From the NCBI GenBank assembly GCA_028282585.1, contig JANQHR010000097.1, positions 32,001 to 96,000 on the forward strand: a stretch of 64,000 nt of DNA, read 5' to 3'. A program made the translations under genes and the position numbers. Positions 40,278 through 50,423 of the stretch are shown piece by piece; positions within the stretch are counted from its first letter, which is position 1; every line of letters begins with the position of its first letter. Source of the stretch: Bacteroidales bacterium (GTDB lineage: Bacteria; Bacteroidota; Bacteroidia; Bacteroidales; UBA12077). The notes under the pieces were generated by a model that was not told the origin of the DNA, did not search any database, and saw nothing but the letters and a program-made list of their open reading frames with translations.

Positions 40278-40841
40278 TTGCTGGGAACAAATATTAAAAT
40301 CCTTTTAATAACGATACTTTTACTAAGTTCTGCATATATTGGGAAAGGACAGGAAATGCCCTCACCGGAAAATAATGTAAATCAAGAAATCTTATTAAAA
40401 GTTCATTCGCCACATAAGGCTACTATTTATTCCGCACTAATTCCTGGTTTAGGGCAAATCTATAACAAAAAATACTGGAAACTTCCTGTTATCTATAGTG
40501 CTACTGGTATTTTTATTTATTATTTCAACTTTAATAATAATGAGTATAATGCCTTTAAAACAGCTTACGCACAGATGGATGCAGAACAAATTACAAGCTT
40601 TAGAGGATATACTGAAAAAAATGTTCTACTTAATATAAAAGATAATTACCGCAGAAACAGGGATTTAAATGTGATCTCGCTAGCAGCTATTTATTTATTA
40701 AACATTGTGGATGCAACCGTTGATGCTCATCTCTTTAATTATGAGATAAATGATGATCTTTCTTTAAATATTCAACCAGCCGTTAAACGATCAGTTGATT
40801 ATCAAAATGCATACGGAATAGCGTTTAGAGTAACTTTTTAA
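40278..40841 (+). CDS. DUF5683 family protein
   Basis: HSPHKATIYSALIPGLGQIYNKKYWKLP, YRRNRD, IVDATVDAHL; directly follows parB. Confidence 0.8.
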   Translation: MLGTNIKILLITILLLSSAYIGKGQEMPSPENNVNQEILLKVHSPHKATIYSALIPGLGQIYNKKYWKLPVIYSATGIFIYYFNFNNNEYNAFKTAYAQMDAEQITSFRGYTEKNVLLNIKDNYRRNRDLNVISLAAIYLLNIVDATVDAHLFNYEINDDLSLNIQPAVKRSVDYQNAYGIAFRVTF

Positions 40842-40950
40842 AGAAAACCTTTAATCATTTTAACAATTTATAACAAAAATCGTTTCCTTTTTAAATAGAA
40901 TTGTACTTATTTCGGGCTTTATACTAACTTTGACTTATAAATCTTTAGAT

Positions 40951-42492
40951 ATGTTAAGAAATCTATTTTTAATTTCAATAGTATTAGTACAGTTTATTAA
41001 CTGTAAGGCTAATTCAAACTTCACTAAAAAAGACTCTATCAGATTCTATAATGAAATTAATGAAAGTTTTCAAACAAACCTTGATAGCCTAATTAATCTT
41101 TGGTATGTTAAGAATACAATAAAAACAGATTACAACTCAAATTATGATTCCTCTTTAATACCCGAATTCCCAGACTCAGTTTATATAGAACGATTACAAA
41201 ATCTACCTTCAATAATTGATTTATCTTATAATAAAATCGTTCGCAATTACATTCACGTTTATACAAAAAAAAGAAGAGAAAGTGTCGAAACTATGATTGG
41301 ATTGTCGGATTATTACTTTCCTAAATTTGAAGAAATTTTCGAGAGTTATGGCATTCCAACAGAACTAAAATACATGGCAATAATAGAGTCTGCTTTAAAC
41401 CCTAGAGCCGTTTCACGTGTTGGTGCCACAGGTATGTGGCAGTTCATGTACGGAACTGCCCGAATGTATGATTTAACTGTAAACTCATTTGTTGACGAAA
41501 GACGGGACCCTATAAAATCAGCTCATGCGGCAGCATTATTTATGAAAGATCTTTATGCAATGTTTAACGATTGGACATTAGTTATTGCAGCATATAACTG
41601 CGGTCCTGGAAACGTAAATAAAGCAATTCGCAGATCAGGAGGCAAGCGCGATTTTTGGGAAATTTATTATCGATTACCAAGAGAAACGCGAGGCTATGTA
41701 CCTGCGTATATCGCTGCAACCTATACTTTCAATTATTATAGCGAACACAATTTAAATCCTCGTTATCCGGAAATTCCTATCGCAACTGATACAATCATGA
41801 TTTCTGATAACTTACATTTAAAACAAGTATCAGAAATATTGGATTTGCCTCTAAAAACTTTAAGAGATTTAAATCCTCAATATAAAAGAGACATTATTCC
41901 TGCTAAAGGAACTCAATTCCCTATTACCATTCCAATGAATTTTACTGGCGCGTTCATTGATTTAAAAGATTCAATCTTTGCACATAAAGATTCTATATAC
42001 TTTAATGCTGATAATACAATAAAAAATCCGAAACGTTCTTATTATGTTCCTCAACCTCCTGCCAACAAAGATAAGTTAATTTATACTGTAAAGTCAGGTG
42101 ATAATCTTGGTTACATATCCGAATGGTATAATGTCAGGATTTCAGATATTCGATACTGGAACAATATCCGTGGGAATATGATCCGCGTGGGTCAGAAGTT
42201 AAATATTTATGTTCCAAAAGGAACTGCTTCAAAATATTCTAATATTAACAAGCTTTCATTTGAACAAAAACAAAAAAGAATTGGAAAATCAACAGCAAGA
42301 ACTGAAGAAGTAAAAAATGAGCCAAAAGATAAAAATTATGTGTATTACAAAGTTCGCTATGGTGATACTCTCTGGGAAATAGCTAAGAAATATTCTGGTG
42401 TTACCGAAAATGATATCATGAAACTTAACAATATGACCAGTGCAAAATCACTAAAGGCTGGGCAATACATTAAAATTAAACCAAAAGGGTAA
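40951..42492 (+). CDS. mltD: Membrane-bound lytic murein transglycosylase D (SLT plus LysM domains)
   Basis: AIIESALNP, GATGMWQFM, AAYNCGPGNV, LPRETRGYVP; two LysM repeats. ATG at 40951; a TAACTTTG box lies at 40925-40932. Confidence 0.9.
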   Translation: MLRNLFLISIVLVQFINCKANSNFTKKDSIRFYNEINESFQTNLDSLINLWYVKNTIKTDYNSNYDSSLIPEFPDSVYIERLQNLPSIIDLSYNKIVRNYIHVYTKKRRESVETMIGLSDYYFPKFEEIFESYGIPTELKYMAIIESALNPRAVSRVGATGMWQFMYGTARMYDLTVNSFVDERRDPIKSAHAAALFMKDLYAMFNDWTLVIAAYNCGPGNVNKAIRRSGGKRDFWEIYYRLPRETRGYVPAYIAATYTFNYYSEHNLNPRYPEIPIATDTIMISDNLHLKQVSEILDLPLKTLRDLNPQYKRDIIPAKGTQFPITIPMNFTGAFIDLKDSIFAHKDSIYFNADNTIKNPKRSYYVPQPPANKDKLIYTVKSGDNLGYISEWYNVRISDIRYWNNIRGNMIRVGQKLNIYVPKGTASKYSNINKLSFEQKQKRIGKSTARTEEVKNEPKDKNYVYYKVRYGDTLWEIAKKYSGVTENDIMKLNNMTSAKSLKAGQYIKIKPKG

Positions 42493-43122
42493 AATTTTCG
42501 GTTGTAGTTAGTATTTTTCTTAAAGTTGGGATTATGTAATGTAAACGCAATCGACAAAAATAAGTTGTAATAACAAATTCATAATCTTTATGTTTTAAAA
42601 GTTTCTGGTTTGTTATTAAATATACAGCAATCATTAATAATATGCTATAGTTTAAAAAAACTCTTCACGCCACTTTATTCGCTTAAATACCAATGCCACA
42701 GGCATTAGTTAAGTTAATATTTACTACCCACAACCATACTAATACAACCAGCTATTTCGATTGTATCCTTGTAATTGTATGGCCTCTCATACATACCTTA
42801 TGCTATTTAAATGCTCACCTTTTGAATCAGGTATAAGGTTTTAAGGGATCAGAATTTTCTTGTCGATACTAGTTTATCTTACAAGTTTTAATTTAACGAT
42901 AGCAATAAATCATTCTTTCTAAAAAAGTTTATTCAAAATCTTTCCTCCATTAACATTAAGCAAAATCTGCAACTCAAATTTTCTCTTGATTTAAGCAACT
43001 TAAAAGTGAACTTTCTATTTTATAATTTGTCAACTAATTATTAGTCAATAAAACCGAATTTATGAGTTTATGCGAAAAAAGGGCATAAGCGGCAAATAGA
43101 CAACTTTAAACACATAAATCTA

Positions 43123-43617
43123 ATGAAATTAATAAATTATCTTTTAAGCCTGATATTAATATCAAATATTTTATCTACCTCCGCTAAAGGGCAATCAATA
43201 TACAACTATACGTTTATTGATATGGAAGGAAGTGAAGTTGAGCTATCTGAACTTAAGGGTGAAAAACTCACTGTTCTTGATTTTTGGGCAACCTGGTGTA
43301 AACCTTGTATCAAATCAATTCCTAAACTAATTCAGTTATCAGAAGAATTTAAAGATTCCGGCGTAAATTTCATTGGAGTTAACGAAGATAGTCCACGTAA
43401 CAGTTCAAAAGTAAAACCCTTTGCATACTCTTTAGGCATTACATACCCTGTAATACTTGATACTGATCAGGTTTTAATGAATGATTTATTAGTTAGTTCG
43501 CTTCCTACTTTAATTATTGCTAACGCTGAAGGCGAGATTCTCTATACGCATATTGGTTATTCCAATAATGATGAAATAATCCTGAAACAAAAAATTGAGG
43601 CTCTTTTAAATGAATAG
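43123..43617 (+). CDS. Exported TlpA-family thiol:disulfide oxidoreductase
   Basis: Signal peptide; LDFWATWCKPC; SLPTL (cis-Pro loop). Confidence 0.9.
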   Translation: MKLINYLLSLILISNILSTSAKGQSIYNYTFIDMEGSEVELSELKGEKLTVLDFWATWCKPCIKSIPKLIQLSEEFKDSGVNFIGVNEDSPRNSSKVKPFAYSLGITYPVILDTDQVLMNDLLVSSLPTLIIANAEGEILYTHIGYSNNDEIILKQKIEALLNE

Positions 43618-45106
43618 ATATAAATACATAAAGCTATCTGTAATTATAATTGTTTTTTCCACCAACGCTCATAGTCAGGGTGTTTTCAGAGGCAGTAATT
43701 TGTTAGAATACCAATTAGGAAATATTCCGGGTTTGGAGCCTGAATATCAATCATCATTATATGATCAACTAAATTTATCATACAAATTTAAATCAATCAC
43801 TCTCCAAACCAGAATTGAACAGTATTACCCGTCTTTTGATGATAACAAAAGTTATACTAACATAAGTCAGTACAGAGCTAAATTTAAAACAGAAGAATTA
43901 TCCATTGCAATTGGGAATATATATCCCTCTTTTGGGAGAGGGTTGTTATTAAGAACTTATGAGATTCCTGGTTCCATTTGGGAAGATCGAGGTTTTAGAG
44001 TAAGGTACGGATTCTACAAAGACCTTGAAGGAGCAGAAATAAATTATAAGCTGGGAAAATTTAAAATAAAAGGGGTTTATGGAAAAGTTTTAGATGTTAC
44101 ACTTCCCCCAACTTTAAGCAAAAACGAGCGCAGACCAGATTTAGTGCAGGGAGCAGAACTTAGTTTTCGGCATAAAAAACTTGGATTAGGAACCATTTTT
44201 ATGAATCATAAGATTGCCGAAAATAATGATAACTATGTTTCTACATATATGAAAAGCGGGATTACAAAGAATTTATCTTTATATACAGAATTAGCTTTAA
44301 AAGCTGGATCCGATGCAGAACTTAAATTTGATAATGATAGTACCTATGGTTTTTATTTTAGTTTAAACTACGTTAGGAAAAGACTAGGAATAAGTTTAGA
44401 ATTAAAAGACTACAAGAATTTTTCAATAGGTTCAGGAATATCTGACCCTCCAACCTTGGTTAAAGAACATTCTTATAAATTATTAAATAGAAGTACTCAT
44501 GTTCCGATTTTATCTAACGAACGAGGTTATCAACTGGATATTTATTACAGATTACCCAACAACAATCTTTTTACTTTTAATCATTCAATAGCTTATAACG
44601 AAATATCAGAGTCGAAATCGTATCTTTTTAAAGAATTTTTTACCGAGTACCAAACTCAATTTGGGGAACAAATATTAGCAAACTTCTTTTTAGATTATTC
44701 TAGTGATCCGTTTACAAATGAAGATAACAGATATTCCGGAGGATTTATTTTTGATATTAGCCACAATAAAGCAAATAGCATAATAGAAAGCCAAATACAA
44801 TTTGTTGAAAGGAAAGTAATTGAAACAAGCAAATTTTATAATTTTTATTTTTCTTATCAGTTTAATATCAGGAATAAACTAACTACATCGGCTCTTTTAG
44901 AAATAAGTAAAGATCCCTTTTTGTTAAATGAAAATGAAGAATACGCTTTTTATCCCGGAGGAACACTTTCTTACCGACCAAATAACAAACATAACATAAT
45001 AATATTCTATGGAAAAAGAAGAGGTGGGCCGGCATGTAATTCCGGAATTTGTTATGATGTATTAGATTTCCAGGGTTTAGAAATCAGAATTTTGTCACAC
45101 ATATAA
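43610..45106 (+). CDS. Outer-membrane beta-barrel protein with C-terminal CxxxxC motif (DUF6029-like)
   Basis: Signal peptide; aromatic-rich alternating strands; GNIYPSFGRGLLLRTYE and YGKRRGGPACNSGICY motifs; overlaps tlpA by 8 nt. Confidence 0.7.
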   Translation: MNRYKYIKLSVIIIVFSTNAHSQGVFRGSNLLEYQLGNIPGLEPEYQSSLYDQLNLSYKFKSITLQTRIEQYYPSFDDNKSYTNISQYRAKFKTEELSIAIGNIYPSFGRGLLLRTYEIPGSIWEDRGFRVRYGFYKDLEGAEINYKLGKFKIKGVYGKVLDVTLPPTLSKNERRPDLVQGAELSFRHKKLGLGTIFMNHKIAENNDNYVSTYMKSGITKNLSLYTELALKAGSDAELKFDNDSTYGFYFSLNYVRKRLGISLELKDYKNFSIGSGISDPPTLVKEHSYKLLNRSTHVPILSNERGYQLDIYYRLPNNNLFTFNHSIAYNEISESKSYLFKEFFTEYQTQFGEQILANFFLDYSSDPFTNEDNRYSGGFIFDISHNKANSIIESQIQFVERKVIETSKFYNFYFSYQFNIRNKLTTSALLEISKDPFLLNENEEYAFYPGGTLSYRPNNKHNIIIFYGKRRGGPACNSGICYDVLDFQGLEIRILSHI

Positions 45107-45116
45107 ACTAAATGAT

Positions 45117-45905
45117 ATGAAAACAATGAAAATTTTTACTTTAATAATATGTCTCCAAATTCTTAACTTTGCGCAAACTAATGTTTTAGCTCAAGGTGTT
45201 GGAGATTCTGCACCTGACTTTACATTAAACACAGTAAATGGAAATGAATTTACTTTGTCTGATCATGCCGGAAAAGTAATATTTTTGTTTTTCTTTGGTT
45301 ACAGTTGTCCACACTGCTTAGCTAATGGAAATAATACTGAAACTGGTATCTATGATGCTTTTAAAGATAACTCAGATTTTGTGGCATTGGGAATTGATAC
45401 ATGGGATGGCAATAAATCGGGCGTTGAAAATTTTATTAATCAAACCGGCATTACTTATCCCGTTGCAATGACTGGGTCTTCGGTTCAATCTTTATATAGT
45501 ACAACTTATGATCGTATTATTGTTATAGATCAAAGTGGCACTATTCAATTCAAGGCAACATCTAATGCAACGTCTGGTGTGGTAAGTGACGCAAAGCAGG
45601 TAATCGAAAGTCTTTTAACTACAACTTCCACTAATGTTTTCGGAAGTATAGGCCAATCTTTAAATATATATCCAATTCCAGCAAAGGAATCAATCTTTAT
45701 AGAAAATCTGGATGCACGAATTGAATATGCAAATTTCGAAATTTTAAATATGTCAGGGCAAATAATTCGTTCAAATAATCTAAATTATTTGGGATCCGGT
45801 GAAACCATAGAATTACCTTTGAACGAATTAGACGGTGGAATTTATATTTTACGATTAAACAGCGAGCAAAATACTTATACCAGAAGGTTTATCGTTACAA
45901 AATAA
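45117..45905 (+). CDS. Redoxin (AhpC/TSA-like, CxxC) with a type A T9SS C-terminal sorting domain
   Basis: Signal peptide; GDSAPDFTL...FFFGYSCPHC; CTD LNIYPIPAKESIFI...ILNMSGQII...LDGGIYILRL...TRRFIVTK. Confidence 0.85.
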   Translation: MKTMKIFTLIICLQILNFAQTNVLAQGVGDSAPDFTLNTVNGNEFTLSDHAGKVIFLFFFGYSCPHCLANGNNTETGIYDAFKDNSDFVALGIDTWDGNKSGVENFINQTGITYPVAMTGSSVQSLYSTTYDRIIVIDQSGTIQFKATSNATSGVVSDAKQVIESLLTTTSTNVFGSIGQSLNIYPIPAKESIFIENLDARIEYANFEILNMSGQIIRSNNLNYLGSGETIELPLNELDGGIYILRLNSEQNTYTRRFIVTK

Positions 45906-45916
45906 TTTAACGTATG

Positions 45917-45952
45917 TGGGAAGATGACATTATATAGAATCTTCCCATTTCT
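45917..45952 (+). terminator. Intrinsic terminator after the redoxin operon
   Basis: TGGGAAGAT / ATCTTCCCA stem followed by TTTCT. Confidence 0.55.
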
Positions 45953-46074
45953 TACCTTAATTTTTAATACTACTTAATTATAATCAAAACAAAACATATT
46001 ATTTATTTACCACTTATTTTAAAGAAATATTGATATATTTAGAAATCAAATTGAAAGCATCCAAGTGTAACTAA

Positions 46075-47610
46075 ATGAAGCCTTACAAAATCTTTTTGTT
46101 TCTAATAAGTATTTTTATATTGCTTTTTGTTATATCGATGGCTTTTCCTAAGGATGGAATCCAGATTAGAAATAATATCTTTCTTCGATTTCCTGATATC
46201 AGAAATGTACTTACGCCAGAAGAATCAAAATATGCGGATATTTCAGAAATATTAAAATATCATCAAGAGGAAATTACTAAAAATATAGAAGATCTGGTAT
46301 TAGATACTACCATAAATAATTCTGACTCAATTCTTGTTGCCGATTCTTTAAAAGCTGAAATTCCAAAAGATACAATCGTTAAAAACGAAATTAAAACCAA
46401 AATAACGACTAAAACACAACCAGGTGAGATTCTTCAAAGGCTTGAATATCCTAATAATAATCTAGAAACCTTATATCCCTTTTTCAATCATTTAAAAAAC
46501 CTAAACCAATCCGGAGAACTTATAAGAATTTTACACTATGGTGATTCTCAAATAGAAGGAGATCGTATCAGTTCTTATATTCGAAATGAGTTACAAAAAC
46601 AGTTTGGTGGCTACGGTATTGGAATGTTTGCCCCCGTTATAATAAAAGGTACCAATATTTCAATGAACCTGGACCTGAATGGTACTTGGGAACGGTTCAC
46701 AATTCAAAGTATTAAAAACGGAAATATTACCCATAAGCGACTGGGAGCCTTGATGAGTTTTGGCAGATTCGTGCCATTAAATTCATTTGAAAACAAAATG
46801 TATTTTGGAGAGATCAATTTATATAAATCAAATATTACATATTTACGCACTCGAAAATTCAAAAAATGTAAAGTATTTTACGGATATAATGAAAAACCTT
46901 TCATTGCTGAATTAAAGTATAAGGAAAATACGCTTGATGCGGAATTAATTGCAAGATCAAATCAATTAAGTACTATAACCTGGGATATTGAAGGAAGTTT
47001 AGATGAAATTACCATAAGTTTTAAAGGTGAGGATAGTCCTGATATTTACGCAATTGCTTTAGATGATCAATCCGGTATTGCCGTTGATAATATTCCATTA
47101 CGTGGAAGTAGTGGAACCGATTTTACAAAAACTGACATTGCTTTTCTTAGGTCTATGTATCAGCAAATTAATGCCAAATTAATTATAATGCAATTTGGTG
47201 TTAATCTTGTCCCCCACGTGGTAGATGACTATTCCTATTATGAAAAACAATTTTATAAACAATTAAAAACCCTAAAAGGACTCAGGCCTGACATTTGTAT
47301 TATCGTTATTGGGGTTTCTGATATGTCGCAAAATAAATATGGAAGATTTGTATCCTATCCTAATATTGTAAAAATTCGAGAAGCACAGAAAAATGCTGCC
47401 TTTAAAGCAGGTTGTGTGTTTTGGGATATGTATGAAGCTATGGGTGGAGAAAACTCCATGCCATCATGGGTACATAATGATCCACCTTTGGCTAGAACTG
47501 ACTATACGCATTTTACCTGGAAAGGATCAGTTGTAATATCAAAAATGTTTTTTGAAGCTTTAATGCATGATTATAATAAATTTCTGAAAATTGAGAATAT
47601 TGATCATTAA
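46075..47610 (+). CDS. SGNH/GDSL-family protein (PatB-like O-acetyltransferase/esterase)
   Basis: N-terminal TM; ILHYGDSQIEGD, DNIPLRGSSG, QFGVN, DYTHF. Confidence 0.8.
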   Translation: MKPYKIFLFLISIFILLFVISMAFPKDGIQIRNNIFLRFPDIRNVLTPEESKYADISEILKYHQEEITKNIEDLVLDTTINNSDSILVADSLKAEIPKDTIVKNEIKTKITTKTQPGEILQRLEYPNNNLETLYPFFNHLKNLNQSGELIRILHYGDSQIEGDRISSYIRNELQKQFGGYGIGMFAPVIIKGTNISMNLDLNGTWERFTIQSIKNGNITHKRLGALMSFGRFVPLNSFENKMYFGEINLYKSNITYLRTRKFKKCKVFYGYNEKPFIAELKYKENTLDAELIARSNQLSTITWDIEGSLDEITISFKGEDSPDIYAIALDDQSGIAVDNIPLRGSSGTDFTKTDIAFLRSMYQQINAKLIIMQFGVNLVPHVVDDYSYYEKQFYKQLKTLKGLRPDICIIVIGVSDMSQNKYGRFVSYPNIVKIREAQKNAAFKAGCVFWDMYEAMGGENSMPSWVHNDPPLARTDYTHFTWKGSVVISKMFFEALMHDYNKFLKIENIDH

Positions 47611-48775
47611 AATATTAATTCTATCAATTGCTATTTCAACTTATAGTCAAAATAGTTGTGATACATTATTGTTTTTAGATTGTAACAGAAATTTTATAGC
47701 GAGAACAGATAACGCAGAAGCATTTACTTTTATAGAAAAATTTGCGAAAATCGGCACTCAGAAAAAACCTATCAAGATTGTTCACCTTGGTGATTCACAT
47801 TTGCAAGCCGGCTTTTTAACAGAAAAAATTAAACAAGGATTATTTCAAAAATTTATTACGGATACAATTGCTTCGCCAGGATTTATTTTTCCGTATACTA
47901 TCGCTCAAACGAATAATCCGTTCTTTTATAAAGTGGATTATACAGGAAAATGGGAATGGTGTAAAAATATTGACATAGAAAAAAAATGTAGCCTTGGCCT
48001 ATCAGGAATTACAGTAAGAACTGAGGATTCTACAACATCGTTCCAAATCAAAATGCAAAATAAAAAGTACAATTATCCTGTAAAATACTATTTCAATTCA
48101 GTAAGGCTATTTCATTCTTTAGATTCCGTTGATATTTATGTAAATAATGTTAAAGCTAAAACACAAAATGGCATTTCTATAGTTAATCTGGAAAATCTTA
48201 CAGACTCGATTTCAGTAAAGGTATTCACTACCGGAAATAAAAACCAATTTGAATTATATGGTTTAATATTTGATAATTCTAGTGGAAGCATCAGCTATCA
48301 TGCAATTGGAATAAATGGCGCCACAGCACAATCTTACCTTAAATGTGATTATTTATCAAATGACCTTTTAAATATCGATCCGGATTTAATTATTATATCG
48401 CTTGGAACAAATGAAGCGTTCGATGTAGATTTCAATATAATTGAGCATGAGTATATATTAAAAGATCTGATTTTTCAAATCAAAGATGTGGTTCCTAAAG
48501 CTAATATTTTGTTAACCGTTCCAAATGACCATTTCAAAAAGGGAAAATCAAATAAAAATGTTTTAGCTGTTCGAGAAAATATATTAAACGTATGCAACGA
48601 ACTTAATTTATTAAGTTGGGATTTTTATTCGATTATGGGCAGTGAAAATTCTATTGAAAGCTGGTATAAAAAAGGATTAACAGGTGAAGATAAGATCCAT
48701 TTCAAAAAGAAAGGGTATGAGGTGCAAGGAGAATTGTTTGTAAATGCATTAATTAAATTAGTTGAAAAGCACTAG
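47591..48775 (+). CDS. SGNH/GDSL-family protein (PatB/Ape-like)
   Basis: VHLGDSHLQAG, IGINGA, SLGTNEA, DKIHF. Confidence 0.8.
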   Translation: MRILIIKILILSIAISTYSQNSCDTLLFLDCNRNFIARTDNAEAFTFIEKFAKIGTQKKPIKIVHLGDSHLQAGFLTEKIKQGLFQKFITDTIASPGFIFPYTIAQTNNPFFYKVDYTGKWEWCKNIDIEKKCSLGLSGITVRTEDSTTSFQIKMQNKKYNYPVKYYFNSVRLFHSLDSVDIYVNNVKAKTQNGISIVNLENLTDSISVKVFTTGNKNQFELYGLIFDNSSGSISYHAIGINGATAQSYLKCDYLSNDLLNIDPDLIIISLGTNEAFDVDFNIIEHEYILKDLIFQIKDVVPKANILLTVPNDHFKKGKSNKNVLAVRENILNVCNELNLLSWDFYSIMGSENSIESWYKKGLTGEDKIHFKKKGYEVQGELFVNALIKLVEKH

Positions 48776-50310
48776 TGGATATTCTTAAAGAAATATTATT
48801 ATATTCCGAGGCGAAGCCTTTGCTATTTAACAGGTTATACTTCTGGGCTTTTTTTGGTTTTTTGCTTGGAATTTATTCTTTCATCTATAAAAAAAATCCA
48901 TTAAGAAATGCTTACCTGTTTTTCATGAGTTTGTTTTTTTATTATAAATCAGGAGGATATTTCTTTACATTACTTGTTTTTTCAACAATTGCAGATTTTA
49001 CGCTTGGGCAACTAATTTATAATTCGAAAACATCTTTAAAGAAAAAAATATTTGTTGCAACGAGTATTATTATCAATCTAAGTCTTTTAGGGTACTTTAA
49101 ATACACATATTTTTTTACCGATATAATCAATAAAACATTCCAAACTAACTTTGAGGTTTTCAATTACCTGGCCTCCTGGACAAATGATCTTACCGGATCA
49201 GGCTTTGATATCTCGAGGATTATATTACCCGTAGGAATATCTTTTTATACTTTCCAAACAATAAGCTATACGGTTGATGTTTACCGAGGAAAAGTAAAGC
49301 CTGTCAAAAACATTATTGATTTTGGATTTTATGTATCATTCTTCCCACAACTGGTCGCAGGACCTATTGTTAGGGCTTCCGAATTTGTACCACAACTCTA
49401 CCAAAAGTATAAACTAACCAAACAAGAATTTGGCCATGCTGTATTCCTCATTTTAAATGGATTGATAAAAAAAATGCTTATTTCCGATTACATTTCTATA
49501 AATTTTGTCGATCGAATTTTTGAATCTCCTACATCCTTCACAGGGTTTGAAAACCTAATGGCAGTTTATGGATATTCAATCCAAATTTACTGCGATTTTT
49601 CAGGTTATACAGATATCGCGATTGGAGTTGCATTATTACTTGGGTTTAGATTGCCAATAAACTTTAACTCCCCATATAAAGCTATTAATATTACCGATTT
49701 TTGGCGAAGATGGCATATATCTCTTTCCACATGGCTTCGAGATTACCTTTACATCCCATTAGGAGGAAACCGTAAGGGAAAAACCAGAATGTACATAAAC
49801 TTAATGATAACTATGCTACTTGGTGGTTTATGGCACGGGGCAAATATTCGATTTATTATTTGGGGAGGTTTACATGGCTTGGGATTAGTAATTCATAAAC
49901 TTTGGGTAAAATTGAATCTTTCTTTAAGTAAATACTATACTTCACGTTCCAGTAAAAATATTCTGTTTCGTTTTATCTCTGTCTTTACAACATTTCATTT
50001 GGTAACTTTTGCTTGGATATTTTTTCGAGCGGAAAATACGGATAAAGCTTTTGGAATGATTAGTCAAATCGCAAATAATTTTCAATTTAAGCTAATACCA
50101 ATAATGTTTTCTTCATACATTAAGATTTTCTTAATAACTATTTTGGGATTTGCAATTCACTGGTTACCTTCTCATTTTAAAGAAAATTATCGAGGATGGT
50201 TTATTAAATCTCATATTATGCTAAAAGTGATTATTGCATCGTTAGTCATTTTTATTTTATATCAGGTTAAATCGGCCGAAATTCAGCCATTCATTTATTT
50301 TCAATTCTAA
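48775..50310 (+). CDS. MBOAT family O-acyltransferase (PatA/AlgI-like)
   Basis: LPVGISFYTFQTISY, FFPQLVAGPIVR, DFSGYTDIA, FWRRWHISLSTWLRDYLYIPLGG, GLWHGA. Confidence 0.92.
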   Translation: MDILKEILLYSEAKPLLFNRLYFWAFFGFLLGIYSFIYKKNPLRNAYLFFMSLFFYYKSGGYFFTLLVFSTIADFTLGQLIYNSKTSLKKKIFVATSIIINLSLLGYFKYTYFFTDIINKTFQTNFEVFNYLASWTNDLTGSGFDISRIILPVGISFYTFQTISYTVDVYRGKVKPVKNIIDFGFYVSFFPQLVAGPIVRASEFVPQLYQKYKLTKQEFGHAVFLILNGLIKKMLISDYISINFVDRIFESPTSFTGFENLMAVYGYSIQIYCDFSGYTDIAIGVALLLGFRLPINFNSPYKAINITDFWRRWHISLSTWLRDYLYIPLGGNRKGKTRMYINLMITMLLGGLWHGANIRFIIWGGLHGLGLVIHKLWVKLNLSLSKYYTSRSSKNILFRFISVFTTFHLVTFAWIFFRAENTDKAFGMISQIANNFQFKLIPIMFSSYIKIFLITILGFAIHWLPSHFKENYRGWFIKSHIMLKVIIASLVIFILYQVKSAEIQPFIYFQF

Positions 50311-50423
50311 CTAATGTTAAAAATTTGTAAAAACTGCAAATATTAACTCCGGCAATTTCTGATTTCTGATTTTCTTGCTTAAATTTTACTACTTTTGTCC
50401 CCTACTAATTTTAAGTTAAATTT

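Noticed and set aside
43123-45905. Possible selenocysteine (TGA) recoding in the redox proteins
   Set aside because: Both active sites are ordinary CxxC (CKPC, CPHC), and the ORFs are uninterrupted and end in TAG or TAA.
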